Origin: Candidatus Methanomethylophilaceae archaeon
GTDB taxonomy: Archaea > Thermoplasmatota > Thermoplasmata > Methanomassiliicoccales > Methanomethylophilaceae
Reading direction: 5' to 3'
Assembly: GCA_050950505.1 (NCBI GenBank)
Contig: JBMNHS010000001.1
Span: forward strand, 1,088,001-1,152,000
Length of the DNA: 64,000 bases
Part shown: in pieces, positions 28,717 to 38,795 of the stretch
Layout of the letters: each line of letters opens with the position of its first letter
How positions within the stretch are numbered: position 1 is the first letter of the stretch
Notes under the pieces: model-generated
What the model saw: the letters and a program-made list of their open reading frames with translations, nothing else
Database searches by the model: none
What the model was told of the DNA's origin: nothing
Position numbers and translations under genes: made by a program

Positions 28717-30170
28717 CGCCTCTCGCCATGGTTCTGATGCCTCTGATCTTCGGCGTGATGCTCCTGTTCATCAGGAATATGAAGTTCCTCCCGTACGTTT
28801 CGTTGACGGGGGCCGTCGCTTTCCTTGCTGTTACCGTTGCATGCTGTCTCCCTCATCTGAGGGGGGAAGCATACAACGATTCGATATGGTACATCGACAG
28901 TCTGTCCGCTTTCTTCCTGACCGTAACCGCGGTGATTTCCTTCGCCGCCGTTTTGTATTCGAAAAGTTACATGGAAATCGAACATGAGAACGAAGTGTTC
29001 AGCACCAAAGAAGTGAGCCATTATTACTTCATAGTGTTCGCTTTCATTGCGATAATACTCTTCACTTTCTCCGTACGGTCCGCAGCGCTCACGTGGATAG
29101 GAATCGGCATGACCACTTTGGTTTCCGCTTTCCTTGTCGGATTGCGCAAGGATGCCGCGGCCACCGAAGCCGCCTGGAAATACATCATGCTGTGTTCCGT
29201 AGGGATAATGCTGGCATTGTTCGGAATCGCATTATTGTTCGCCGCGTCAACCGACGTCATACCGGACAGCGATTCTCTTGATTGGCCCGCGTTGGTTCTC
29301 AATGCTTTGGATCTCAATCCGGTTCTGATGAAGTTCGCCGCCGCTTTCTTTATAATAGGTCTCGGAACGAAAGCGGGATTGGCCCCGTTGCACAACTGGC
29401 TGCCGGATGCCCACAGTCAGGCTCCCGGTCCGGTGAGCGGAATGATGTCCGGAATTCTGCTTAACTGCGCAATGTACGGAATCATGAGGTTTTACACCGT
29501 ATCGGAACTGGTCAACCCCGGGTTCGCAAAGAATATTTTGCTTCTGTTCGGAGTTCTTTCTTTGGTGATTGCCTCTTCGTTCATACTCATTTCAAAAGAT
29601 TTCAAAAGGATGCTGGCTTATTCAAGCGTGGAGAACATGGGGTTGATTGCCATAGCCCTGGGAATCGGGACTCCCCTTGCATTGTTCGGAGCCGTATTCC
29701 AAATAATGGCACACTCCGTGTGCAAACCGTTGATATTCTTCTGTTCCGGAAACGTCGCACAGGCTTACGGAACAGGAAACATGTCAGAAATACGCAACGT
29801 TTCGAAGAAAATGAAATTTACCGGGTTCGCAACGGCGGCCGGGGGGTTGGCCGTGGCGGGGGCTCCGCCTTTCCCGTTGTTCATCGGCGAATTGCTGATA
29901 ATTTTCGGTGCGATAAGCGCGGGAATGTACTGGTTGGCGGGATTCCTGGGCATCATACTCGTGTTCGTCTTCGCCGCCCTCATCAAGAACATATTCCCCA
30001 TGCTTTCCGGTTCAACCGACAAAGAAGTCAGCGAAGGGAAATCTCCGTTCGGAAGTTTCGCAATCGTTTTACTCATAGGGATTGCTCTGTTCATCGGACT
30101 TTTCATGCCCGAATCCATGAGGGACGTCTTTGAAAGCATGGTTTTGATTCTGTCGGGAGGCGGGGCATGA
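28713..30170 (+). CDS. Ehr/Hyf antiporter-like subunit (HyfF-like)
   Basis: EAAWKY, GTKAGLAPLHNWLPDAHSQAP and KRMLAYSSVEN motifs. Confidence 0.88.
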   Translation: MTPLAMVLMPLIFGVMLLFIRNMKFLPYVSLTGAVAFLAVTVACCLPHLRGEAYNDSIWYIDSLSAFFLTVTAVISFAAVLYSKSYMEIEHENEVFSTKEVSHYYFIVFAFIAIILFTFSVRSAALTWIGIGMTTLVSAFLVGLRKDAAATEAAWKYIMLCSVGIMLALFGIALLFAASTDVIPDSDSLDWPALVLNALDLNPVLMKFAAAFFIIGLGTKAGLAPLHNWLPDAHSQAPGPVSGMMSGILLNCAMYGIMRFYTVSELVNPGFAKNILLLFGVLSLVIASSFILISKDFKRMLAYSSVENMGLIAIALGIGTPLALFGAVFQIMAHSVCKPLIFFCSGNVAQAYGTGNMSEIRNVSKKMKFTGFATAAGGLAVAGAPPFPLFIGELLIIFGAISAGMYWLAGFLGIILVFVFAALIKNIFPMLSGSTDKEVSEGKSPFGSFAIVLLIGIALFIGLFMPESMRDVFESMVLILSGGGA

Positions 30171-31625
30171 TACTGAACAGATCCACATACTGCGACAGCG
30201 ATGCGTTGACCCAGTTCATAGGTAACTATCACGCGGACGGATGGAGAGTGATGGATATTTTCGCTTACGATCTTTCGCCGGGATTCATGATGAACTTCCT
30301 TCTCAGACGGGGGAGCGACATACTCAGGATCACCTCCGACGTTGACGAAACGTATCCCGCCGTCACTCCTGCGGTTCCTTCCGCTTCGCTGTTCGAAAGA
30401 AAGGTTTGGGAGATGAACGGCATCGTCCCCGAAGGTCACGAAGATCTCTCGCCCGTGATTTACTGGAGGAAAGGTGACGGGTATCCCCTTCAGAAAGAAC
30501 CTTACATGACATTTGACGAAACCAGAATACCCGTGCCGAAAAACCGTTTGGCGGGGCCGGGAGTGTTTGAAATACCCGTGGGGCCCGTACACGCCGGAGT
30601 CATAGAACCCGGCCATTTCAGATTCAGCACCGCGGGGGAACCCATACTTGAACTGAAAGTGCATCTGGGATACACCCACAAAGGAATCGAGAAACTGATG
30701 GAGGGTTCCGTGGACCGCAACCTGTCGCATCTTGCCGAAAGGATCTCCGGCGACAATGCGGTCGCCCACAGTCTTGCTCACGCTCACGCCATGGAAGGCA
30801 TCACGGAAATACCCGAAAGGGCCCGTATAATCCGTGTCATACTGTCCGAATTGGAAAGGATACACAATCATCTTGAAGTCATGTCCGGGCTTTGCACGGA
30901 CACCGCGTTCAGCGTCGCCGCGGCTTTCGGTCAAGAAACGCGGGAAATACTGCTGAGAACCAATCAGGAAGTCTTCGGAAACAGACTTCTCATGGGAAAC
31001 ATCGTCCCCGGGGGAGTGAGGAGAGACCTTACCCCGGAAAAAATCAAGAAGCTCGAGAACGCGGTCATGAAAGCGAGTTTTGCAGCCTCCAAGTTGGACG
31101 GCTACATGACGAAATCCCCGTCGGAAACCGATAGATTGGAAACCACGGGAATCCTTACGGAGGAGTATGCCGAAAAACTCGGTACGGTGGGAGTCATCGC
31201 AAGAGCCAGCGGCATAGAATCCGACGTCAGGAAAGAAGTTCCTTATGACAAATACGGCGATTTGTCGCTGAACGTCATTACCCGGAAGAAAGGGGATTGC
31301 TTGGCCCGGTCCTCCGTAAGGGCAGGAGAGATAAACGAATCCGTCAGTCTGATACTTCAGTGTCTCACAAAAATAGAAACCGGAGACATCATGACGGAAC
31401 CGGAAATACCGAGAGGCATGGCCTGCGGCATAGTCGAATCTCCCCAGGGGCGAATTGCTGCACAGTGCGGAAATCATAGACAATGAAATTTGGAGATACA
31501 GCATAAGGGATCCGTCTTTCGTCAACTGGCCGGCGTTGGAGGTGTCTGTATTGAAGGACATCGTTCCCGATTTCCCGTTGATCAACAAAAGTTTTGGGCT
31601 GTCCTACAGCGGGAATGACGTGTGA
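30167..31625 (+). CDS. Ehr large subunit (HyfG/NuoCD-like, no NiFe cysteines), frameshifted near 31442-31445
   Basis: GPVHAGVIEPGHF and ERISGD motifs; removing one C gives ESPRGELLH...RDPSFVNWPALE...DFPLINKSFGLSYSGNDV, stop at 31625. Confidence 0.85.
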
Positions 31626-31634
31626 GGTGAAAGA

Positions 31635-32378
31635 ATGATAAAAAGAAGCCTGCTGAATTTCTTTTCAAGGAATAAACCCGCCGAGTCGCCGAAGGATATG
31701 GACAAAACGCCGCTGATGATGCCTTTTGTCGATGAAGGCTGCGAAAGATGCGGGAGATGTGCCGATATATGTCCTTCTTACGCCATAGAAATAACTGAAG
31801 AATGGACCATCGATGCGGGAAAGTGCATATTCTGCCTGGATTGCCTCGATGTCTGTCCCATGGGTATCATGGGCACCGTAAAAGTGCCGTTGTACGCTCT
31901 GAAAAGAGAGGATTTGGTATTCTCCGAATCCGAACCTCCCAAGGATACCGCGGAAACTCTGAACAAAGAAATAACAGACGCCATCGGAAAATCGATTTCC
32001 ATAAGAGAACTGGACACGGGTTCCTGCAATGCCTGCGAAGTCGAAATCAACAATTTGGGAAATCCGTTCTATGACATGAACAGATTCGGAATGAACATCG
32101 TGGCATCGCCGAGACATGCGGATCTGTTGCTTGTTACGGGTCCAATGTCGAGAAACATGAGATGCGCCGCGTTGAACACTTATGACGCGGTTCCGTCGCC
32201 CAAAATCGTTGTGGCGCTGGGAACCTGTGCCATATCCGGGGGAATATACGTAAAAGGGGATGTGCTCGGCACCGGCATCACGGACACGATGAAAGTCGAC
32301 CTGTTCATCCCGGGCTGTCCCCCGTCGCCGGACAGAATCGTATCGGCATTGCTGAAGGCCTTCGGACGCAATCAGTGA
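31635..32378 (+). CDS. Ehr small subunit (HyfI/NuoB-like) with N-terminal 2x[4Fe-4S] ferredoxin
   Basis: Two CxxCxxCxxxCP motifs, then GSCNACE, SPRHAD, GTCA and PGCPP. Confidence 0.88.
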   Translation: MIKRSLLNFFSRNKPAESPKDMDKTPLMMPFVDEGCERCGRCADICPSYAIEITEEWTIDAGKCIFCLDCLDVCPMGIMGTVKVPLYALKREDLVFSESEPPKDTAETLNKEITDAIGKSISIRELDTGSCNACEVEINNLGNPFYDMNRFGMNIVASPRHADLLLVTGPMSRNMRCAALNTYDAVPSPKIVVALGTCAISGGIYVKGDVLGTGITDTMKVDLFIPGCPPSPDRIVSALLKAFGRNQ

Positions 32379-32761
32379 ATGACCGTAACGTTGAGTTTGG
32401 CGTGATCAACCACATACTGGGAAACACTTCCCAGCACCACTCTGTCGAGTATGGTTTTGTCCGATCTTCCTATCACGATGAGAGTTGATTCGAATCTCGA
32501 GGCGGCGGAAAGAATGTTTTCACCCACAGGGCCGGGTTCTATCACGGTATGGACTTTGATGCCTTCGGCTTTGGCGATGTCTTCGGCTTCTTTCATGTGA
32601 GTCCTGATTTTCTCCATCTCTTCCTCGTTTTCCATAATTTTCTCCGAACAGATTGAAGTGTAGATGTAGAGGGATTTTCCTGACATCTTTGCATATTCCA
32701 TCGCAAAATCCAAAGCCCTGCGCGAAGCGGGTCCGCCGTCGTAGGCCAATATTACAGACAT
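32372..32761 (-). CDS. Universal stress protein
   Basis: ILAYDG...IVIGRS...LGSVS. Confidence 0.88.
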   Translation of the reverse strand: MSVILAYDGGPASRRALDFAMEYAKMSGKSLYIYTSICSEKIMENEEEMEKIRTHMKEAEDIAKAEGIKVHTVIEPGPVGENILSAASRFESTLIVIGRSDKTILDRVVLGSVSQYVVDHAKLNVTVIH

Positions 32762-32819
32762 GATTCCTAATCTGCTCCTGTCAATATATAGACGTGTTCT
32801 TCGACTATATCATACACGT

Positions 32820-33344
32820 TCATTGACGGAAACAATTGTAACTTACCGTTTCCCTGATATCTTTTCTGTTGCCGTGGGAGTTGCTAGGTTCGGCATCTTC
32901 CGCGGGATATCCCATAGGCAACAGGGCAACGGGAACAAGATTTTCCGGAAGGTTGAATTCTTTGATCACTTCCTTGGGGTCGAAGTATGCCACAAAGGTG
33001 GTTCCCAGGTCGGATTCGGTCGCCTGCAGCATCATATGGGTAATTACGATGGCAGCATCCAAAACCCCGCCGTCATCCCCGCTGAAGGGGTTTTTCCAGC
33101 TTTCTTCGGAATCATAACAAACAATCATTACAACGGGTGCGTCAAAGTGATACTTTGTGCACTTCTTGATTTTTGACAATGATTCCTTTTCGTTGAGAAC
33201 GATAATCCTCTGAGGTTGTTTGTTCACGGCGGTCGGAGCCATCCTTCCGGCTTCCAGAACTTTGTTCAGAAGTTCCGCGTCGACGGGTTTGTCACTGAAT
33301 TTTCTTACCGAGTAACGTTTCTTTGCCAAATCGATGAATTTCAT
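32820..33344 (-). CDS. Nitroreductase family protein
   Basis: RYSVRKF, APTAVNKQP and LGTTFV motifs. Confidence 0.9.
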   Translation of the reverse strand: MKFIDLAKKRYSVRKFSDKPVDAELLNKVLEAGRMAPTAVNKQPQRIIVLNEKESLSKIKKCTKYHFDAPVVMIVCYDSEESWKNPFSGDDGGVLDAAIVITHMMLQATESDLGTTFVAYFDPKEVIKEFNLPENLVPVALLPMGYPAEDAEPSNSHGNRKDIRETVSYNCFRQ

Positions 33345-33397
33345 GAATGTACCTACATTCATTCGTCATTAAATCATTGACTGTTCCATGATTGAAA

Positions 33398-34012
33398 TCA
33401 CAGCAATAATACTATCTTGAATTCGATTGTGGGTCGCAATATAAGACCCATGCCTCTGCCTGCTTCCACATGCAGTGCGACAGGCCCGTCATCGCACCTC
33501 ATAAAATCCCCATCGCTCAATGTGGCGGTTTTCGGAATCGTTCTCAGTGTTTTATTCCCTTCTTCAAGGCCACTTGCGGTGTAGTAGAACACGCTTTCAA
33601 GAGTACCCACTATAATCTTGATATCGGCAACGTAGTTGACACCGTTAATCAGGACATCTATCTTAAGTTCGGCAGACGGCCCTGAAAACTCTCTCTTAAC
33701 AGTTCCCAATATAATGAAATTTACTCCTGAGGGTATCTCCAAATCGAATTCGGCACTGTTAACGCCACCGTTAAGTAGGTTATCACTACCGCCGCTTTGA
33801 ACGGAAACAGCAGGATAATCGCCTTCTGTCGTTGTTACTAAAGAATATTTCGGATCTGTATTTTCATCAATGCCGACACCGCCCGCAATCTCCGGTTTAA
33901 GTTCAACCTTATTTTCGCTGATGAACACTGTGGATAAGCCAAAGACTGGTGGGACCATAAGCGCTGCCACAACGGCAATCGTTGTAATCAGAATAATATT
34001 GCTTTTTTTCAT
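33398..34012 (-). CDS. Hypothetical secreted/membrane-anchored beta-rich protein
   Basis: MKK plus hydrophobic signal-like N-terminus; no recognised motif. Confidence 0.6.
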   Translation of the reverse strand: MKKSNIILITTIAVVAALMVPPVFGLSTVFISENKVELKPEIAGGVGIDENTDPKYSLVTTTEGDYPAVSVQSGGSDNLLNGGVNSAEFDLEIPSGVNFIILGTVKREFSGPSAELKIDVLINGVNYVADIKIIVGTLESVFYYTASGLEEGNKTLRTIPKTATLSDGDFMRCDDGPVALHVEAGRGMGLILRPTIEFKIVLLL

Positions 34013-34385
34013 TGGACACTCTCGTCATTGCACAGTCTTTACGGTGTTATTTATCATTTTTAAGTATTTATGTATTTACTTTTATTGGCTTACAAATACC
34101 GGATAATGGGATTCTATTAAGAATTTTAAAGAGATTTCCACACTCAGCCAGTTGATTTAAACTCTGATCCGGTAGAATAAAATGTCCTGTTGCAACAAAT
34201 TTTCGTTCAGCACGTTCTAATTTTTTCAAATTCCAATCAATGTACGGATTGAAATACCTTAAGAATACAATATCGGCAAAAACACCCCTTGCCCTGTTTT
34301 CGGTGAACCGCATCGAATACGTATCGTTTAAAATTATGAAAAAACGAGTTAGTTTCAAGTAAAAACAACAGCTACGGAACAAAAC

Positions 34386-35252
34386 ATGAACGGCAACGGA
34401 AAAACATTCGTTTTCGAAACACCGGAAGGCACCGTGGAGATGGATCTCGGCGAAGTCCGTTCTTTGGCGGAATCCGGAAACATTGACGGAATGTACGCCT
34501 ACGGAATGTCCCTTGTCCTTGGAATCGACACTCCCGCAGACGAAAGGAAAGGATACGGTTTTCTTGAAACCGCCGCGGAAGAAGGTCACCCCGAAGCCAT
34601 GCTGTTTCTCGTGAAGATGTTCTTTGCCGGAAATTACAACGGAATGGACATTGAGAAATCCGTCGAATATTCCGAAAAGGCTTCCGAAGCCGGCTGTCAG
34701 GAAGCAAAATTGTATCTGGGAACGGCTTACATGGACGGAATTCACGTAAAACAGAATTATGAAAAAGCCGCATCGTTGTTCCGACAGGCCGCCAACGCGG
34801 GATTCCAGGAGGCAAGAAACAGTCTCGCACATCTGTACGAAGAGGGTCTCGGCGTTCCCAAAGACGAAAACAAAGCCTTCAGACTTTACAGAACCGCCGC
34901 CGGGGCCGGCAACATGAACGCCATGTTCCGTCTGGCGGTATGTTACGAGTTCGGCATCGGAACTTCCGCCGATACGGAAAAAGCGATGGAATGGTATGGG
35001 AAATCTTCCGAACTGAACGATGTTTTCGCTTTGCACAGATTGGGAATCATACATTCCGAAGGAATCATCGTGAAGGAAGATCCGAAGAAAGCTTTCGATT
35101 ATTTCATGAACGCCGCATTGCAGGGTTATCCCGAATCCATGGAAGCCGTATCCGAGTGCTACGGAAAAGGATACGGTACCGAACAAAACAGAGAAGAATC
35201 AATCAAATGGAAGAAGTTGACCGAATCTTCCATAAACGACCCGATTCATTGA
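34386..35252 (+). CDS. Sel1-like repeat protein
   Basis: Multiple A...LG..Y..G.GV..D..KA repeats. Confidence 0.9.
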   Translation: MNGNGKTFVFETPEGTVEMDLGEVRSLAESGNIDGMYAYGMSLVLGIDTPADERKGYGFLETAAEEGHPEAMLFLVKMFFAGNYNGMDIEKSVEYSEKASEAGCQEAKLYLGTAYMDGIHVKQNYEKAASLFRQAANAGFQEARNSLAHLYEEGLGVPKDENKAFRLYRTAAGAGNMNAMFRLAVCYEFGIGTSADTEKAMEWYGKSSELNDVFALHRLGIIHSEGIIVKEDPKKAFDYFMNAALQGYPESMEAVSECYGKGYGTEQNREESIKWKKLTESSINDPIH

Positions 35253-35296
35253 AAAAACGGAATGAAATTATAAAGAACGCGGACCATCCCGTAGAT

Positions 35297-35947
35297 ATGG
35301 AAATCAACGGTTTTTTGGCCGCCGCGGAAGACGGCGATCTCAAGGCACAGCACCAACTCGCATTGATCTACATTCAGGGCGAAGCCGTTCCCCAGAATTT
35401 TGCGGAAGCGGAGAAATGGCTGAGAAAGGCTTCCGAAGCGGATCATCTTCCCTCAAAGAGGGAACTTGGGATTCTGATAGCTTCCGGTTCGGTCAAAGGA
35501 AAATATGAAACCGAAGCTTATGACTTGCTGATAGGGCCCCTCGACCGTCTCGATCCCCGTTCGGTGTATTATCTCGCTTTGATGTACGAGAACGGAAAGG
35601 GCGTCGAAAAAGACATCCTGAATTCCATCAGACTGTACGGCATCGCCGCAAGTCTGGGATACCCGGGGGCGGAAGAGGATTATGCCAGAGTGGAAAAAGC
35701 ATACACCGAAGAAAGGCACGCCATACTCAGATCGATGCCTCTTCTGAACCTTGAGATATCCGAAGACGGCATCGAGGCCGCCTGCTGCAAAAAGATGTTT
35801 GACGTGATTGTCACGGGCGATATCTTTTTCATTGATTCGTACAAAGGACCCGCCCTCGGGGGCATGGACGAAGACGGCAGGGACATCGTGCTCAACGCCT
35901 GTCCTTTCTGCAGCGCACCCGTCCGGGTCATCGAAAAGAAAAAATAA
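35297..35947 (+). CDS. Sel1-like repeat protein with C-terminal Cys-rich domain
   Basis: Sel1 repeats then ACCKKM...CPFC; start taken at ATG 35297. Confidence 0.8.
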   Translation: MEINGFLAAAEDGDLKAQHQLALIYIQGEAVPQNFAEAEKWLRKASEADHLPSKRELGILIASGSVKGKYETEAYDLLIGPLDRLDPRSVYYLALMYENGKGVEKDILNSIRLYGIAASLGYPGAEEDYARVEKAYTEERHAILRSMPLLNLEISEDGIEAACCKKMFDVIVTGDIFFIDSYKGPALGGMDEDGRDIVLNACPFCSAPVRVIEKKK

Positions 35948-35997
35948 TTTTTTTCTTTCTGCATTCGTTGCGAAACAATTGACGAGGACATGATACG

Positions 35998-36504
35998 ATG
36001 ACCGACGAAGAGTATTACGGTGAAGAAGAGATCGAAATTCTGTGTTCCGCCGTAGATAGGAAACTGATCGAAATCTCCAGTTTCGGGAAGAAACTGTCCG
36101 AATCCGACTCGACGGAATCGAAGAAAAAATACGAAAACATCATCGATTTGCTTTATTCCGACATCGTCGGATACAAAACGGCGATATCGGAAATCACCGG
36201 CGAAGCGTTCAGCATCGCAGATTTGGATTACGACACGGATATGACGCCGGAATACGACGCGGAAGAAGTTTACGACATGTACCTCGAAGAACTGGACGAG
36301 GCGTCCAGAATCGAAGATATGAAGCAAATGGGGCTGAAGGCGGAGTTCTTCAGAGACCTTATCGATCAATCGTATTATTCGGCCGGATTGAGGGTTCTTT
36401 CCGACGAATCGTTGCGCAGGGAAATCATGGATTACGATGCGGTTCTGATAAACATCGGAAAAGCGGTGATGGAAGAAGATTCGCTGAGGAAACACTTTCT
36501 CTGA
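35998..36504 (+). CDS. Acidic hypothetical protein
   Basis: 168-aa ORF with host-like codon use; GAGGA upstream. Confidence 0.65.
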   Translation: MTDEEYYGEEEIEILCSAVDRKLIEISSFGKKLSESDSTESKKKYENIIDLLYSDIVGYKTAISEITGEAFSIADLDYDTDMTPEYDAEEVYDMYLEELDEASRIEDMKQMGLKAEFFRDLIDQSYYSAGLRVLSDESLRREIMDYDAVLINIGKAVMEEDSLRKHFL

Positions 36505-36640
36505 AACCGTGACGGACAGAATATGCAGACGAAACAACGTCCAACGGGATTGAATGAAACATCGGCATGCGGACAAACAATCATTATAACTTCAATCATA
36601 CATGCGAAGTCGCTGAATAATCAAGGAGGGATTCAGAAAA

Positions 36641-37300
36641 ATGTCATTTTCAACATGCAAATACGACCGTGAGCTTAGATTCATCTGGTCCAGACTCAAC
36701 TATTTGAAGAAGAATATGGACTCCGGCAAAATCATCGGAGACGAACTGAAAGAAGCAGAAAAAGAATACGACATGCTTCATGAACGGCAGAAGGATATTG
36801 AAACCACATACATAGACGGCGGATTGGGCGATTACCTGGTTGAATTCAAAGCCCGCTGCTTGTCGCCGCCCCTCAATCCCGAAGATTTCGGATTGTTTCT
36901 TGAAGGGGATGATGACGAGGACGAGGCCGTCGAAGTTCAATGCCCCGCCTGCGAACACCCGTTGGCACAGATTACGTCCATAAACATGGAAATCGCCGAA
37001 TTGGACAACGCATTGGTCAACGCTCAGCTGAACGGAAACGATGCCGAGTGCAAGAAATTGGAAATGTCCATCGAATCCCTGAAAGCCAGACGAGCCGATC
37101 TTATCGAACTGTCCAGAGCCATGGAGAGAGAAGCCGAAGAACAGGAAGAACCCGTTCAGGTCTCCGACGCCGAACTTGATGAAATCAAGAAGGATGTCGC
37201 CTCTCTCAGAACCCAGATGGGCATACTCCGTTCAGACGTTCTGGAACTCAAGGGATTGGTGGCCCAACTGTCCGATTACATAGACGTGCGTCAACGGTGA
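36641..37300 (+). CDS. Coiled-coil hypothetical protein with CxxC
   Basis: AGGAGG RBS; heptad-rich sequence; CPAC. Confidence 0.65.
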   Translation: MSFSTCKYDRELRFIWSRLNYLKKNMDSGKIIGDELKEAEKEYDMLHERQKDIETTYIDGGLGDYLVEFKARCLSPPLNPEDFGLFLEGDDDEDEAVEVQCPACEHPLAQITSINMEIAELDNALVNAQLNGNDAECKKLEMSIESLKARRADLIELSRAMEREAEEQEEPVQVSDAELDEIKKDVASLRTQMGILRSDVLELKGLVAQLSDYIDVRQR

Positions 37301-37313
37301 TATCGGTACAAAC

Positions 37314-37345
37314 AACCTTTCCCGACCGAACCGCCGGGAAAGGTT
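37314..37345. terminator. Hairpin between convergent genes
   Basis: AACCTTTCCCG-N10-CGGGAAAGGTT followed by a T run. Confidence 0.55.
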
Positions 37346-37367
37346 TTTCAAAACAAATTTGCGAAAA

Positions 37368-37679
37368 TCAATCATCGGGTTCGTAAATGAACCCCCTGGT
37401 GTATCCGCCGCGGTCATTCTTGATGATTTTCCTCATACGGACCATCTCTTCTTCCGGGTAGCCCATAAGAGCGCTCAGGGCATAAGCGACTTCGATCAAA
37501 TCGATCATAACATCGGGATCGTCCTTCTCAAGGAATGTCTCGGCATTACGCAACAATCTTTTCTTCAGCATATCGAAACGTTCGTTCCGGTCGGATTTGC
37601 GGAAGATTCCTTCGTAACCTTCGCCGTCCATCAGGTCCGGTTCAAGGTCTCTCACAACTCTTACGTCCTCATCGCGCAT
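37368..37679 (-). CDS. Degenerate MazG/PRA-PH-like all-alpha pyrophosphohydrolase
   Basis: VVRD...DLIEVAYAL...RGGY pattern. Confidence 0.5.
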   Translation of the reverse strand: MRDEDVRVVRDLEPDLMDGEGYEGIFRKSDRNERFDMLKKRLLRNAETFLEKDDPDVMIDLIEVAYALSALMGYPEEEMVRMRKIIKNDRGGYTRGFIYEPDD

Positions 37680-37760
37680 GACTGAGTGAGCGACGAAGGG
37701 AATAAAAAATTAACCCAAGGTCAAGCAAATTCATTATACGGATAACCGCATTCTGAAACC

Positions 37761-38573
37761 ATGTTTGCGGATGCCTGCGAGAAAGCGGCCAAATTCGTAC
37801 GTCCGGTAATCATATCCACCCGCCGAAGGGACGGCGTGGTGGAAGCATCCTGCGGTACGTTCTTCGTAATCAACGACAAGGGATGGATCATAACCGCAGG
37901 TCACCTTTACGACAAATACGTAAAATTCCGTTCCGATGCGAAAAGAAAAGACAACGACCCTACAATATTGACGAACCATTCTTTTTGGTGGGGTTGGGAC
38001 GGGGTGCATTTGACAAACATTTACGTCAACAGACAAATCGATCTCACCATAGGAAAACTGGAACCTTTCGATCCCAGTTGGATCAAAGAATATCCGGTGT
38101 TCAGAAATCCGGAAACACTCCGGCCGGGAACAAGTCTCTGCCGTTTGGGATTCCCTTTTGTGGAAGTCGCTTCTGATTTTGACGAGGACACGAAATCATT
38201 CAAGATTCGAAAAGGCGTTCTGCCGATGACGCTGTTCCCCAACGAAGGGATGCATACAAGAAACGTGTTCAAGGGCAAAAGCAAAGACGGGAACTACGAC
38301 ATGCTGTACGTGGAAACGTCCACGCCGGGCCTGAGGGGGCAGTCAGGAGGGCCGATATACGACCGGAACTGCAGGATATGCGCCGTTCAGGTGCAGACCG
38401 CCCATTTTCCCCTTGGATTCCATCCCGCCATCGAATACGAGGGGGAAACCATGGTTGAGAACCAATTCCTCAACGTAGGGCTGGGAATCCACGTAAAGAC
38501 GTTGCTGAAGATACTGGAAGACCGGAACGTGAAGTTCCGGGTTGACGGTAAACCGGACAGCAATGAATTCTGA
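37761..38573 (+). CDS. Trypsin-like serine protease without signal peptide
   Basis: ITAGHL, IDL and GQSGGP catalytic motifs. Confidence 0.8.
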   Translation: MFADACEKAAKFVRPVIISTRRRDGVVEASCGTFFVINDKGWIITAGHLYDKYVKFRSDAKRKDNDPTILTNHSFWWGWDGVHLTNIYVNRQIDLTIGKLEPFDPSWIKEYPVFRNPETLRPGTSLCRLGFPFVEVASDFDEDTKSFKIRKGVLPMTLFPNEGMHTRNVFKGKSKDGNYDMLYVETSTPGLRGQSGGPIYDRNCRICAVQVQTAHFPLGFHPAIEYEGETMVENQFLNVGLGIHVKTLLKILEDRNVKFRVDGKPDSNEF

Positions 38574-38586
38574 ATGACCGATTGAT

Positions 38587-38772
38587 TCATTCCGTGGAAA
38601 TTGCGGCAACGGGGCAGGCATCCACCGCCGACTGAACGCATTCCTCTTCATTCTCTTCCGGTTGTCTTTTGACTCTGGACACGGATTCCATGTCGAGTTC
38701 GAAAATCACAGGGCATTCTTCTTCGCATCTTCCGCATCCGATGCATTCGTCTTCGTCGATTATGACTATCAT
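38587..38772 (-). CDS. Single-cluster ferredoxin
   Basis: CIGCGRC...ACPVAAI. Confidence 0.9.
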   Translation of the reverse strand: MIVIIDEDECIGCGRCEEECPVIFELDMESVSRVKRQPEENEEECVQSAVDACPVAAISTE

Positions 38773-38795
38773 GATTTTAGGGGGATGAGCGTTTG

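Noticed and set aside
29765-31588. Long antisense ORFs (607 aa here; also 9196-10557, 34068-35186, 56476-57795)
   Set aside because: Shadows of well-supported genes on the other strand, with no recognisable motifs.
25144-32378. Genuine NiFe hydrogenase-4 / formate hydrogenlyase
   Set aside because: Both NiFe-binding CxxC motifs are missing from the large subunit.
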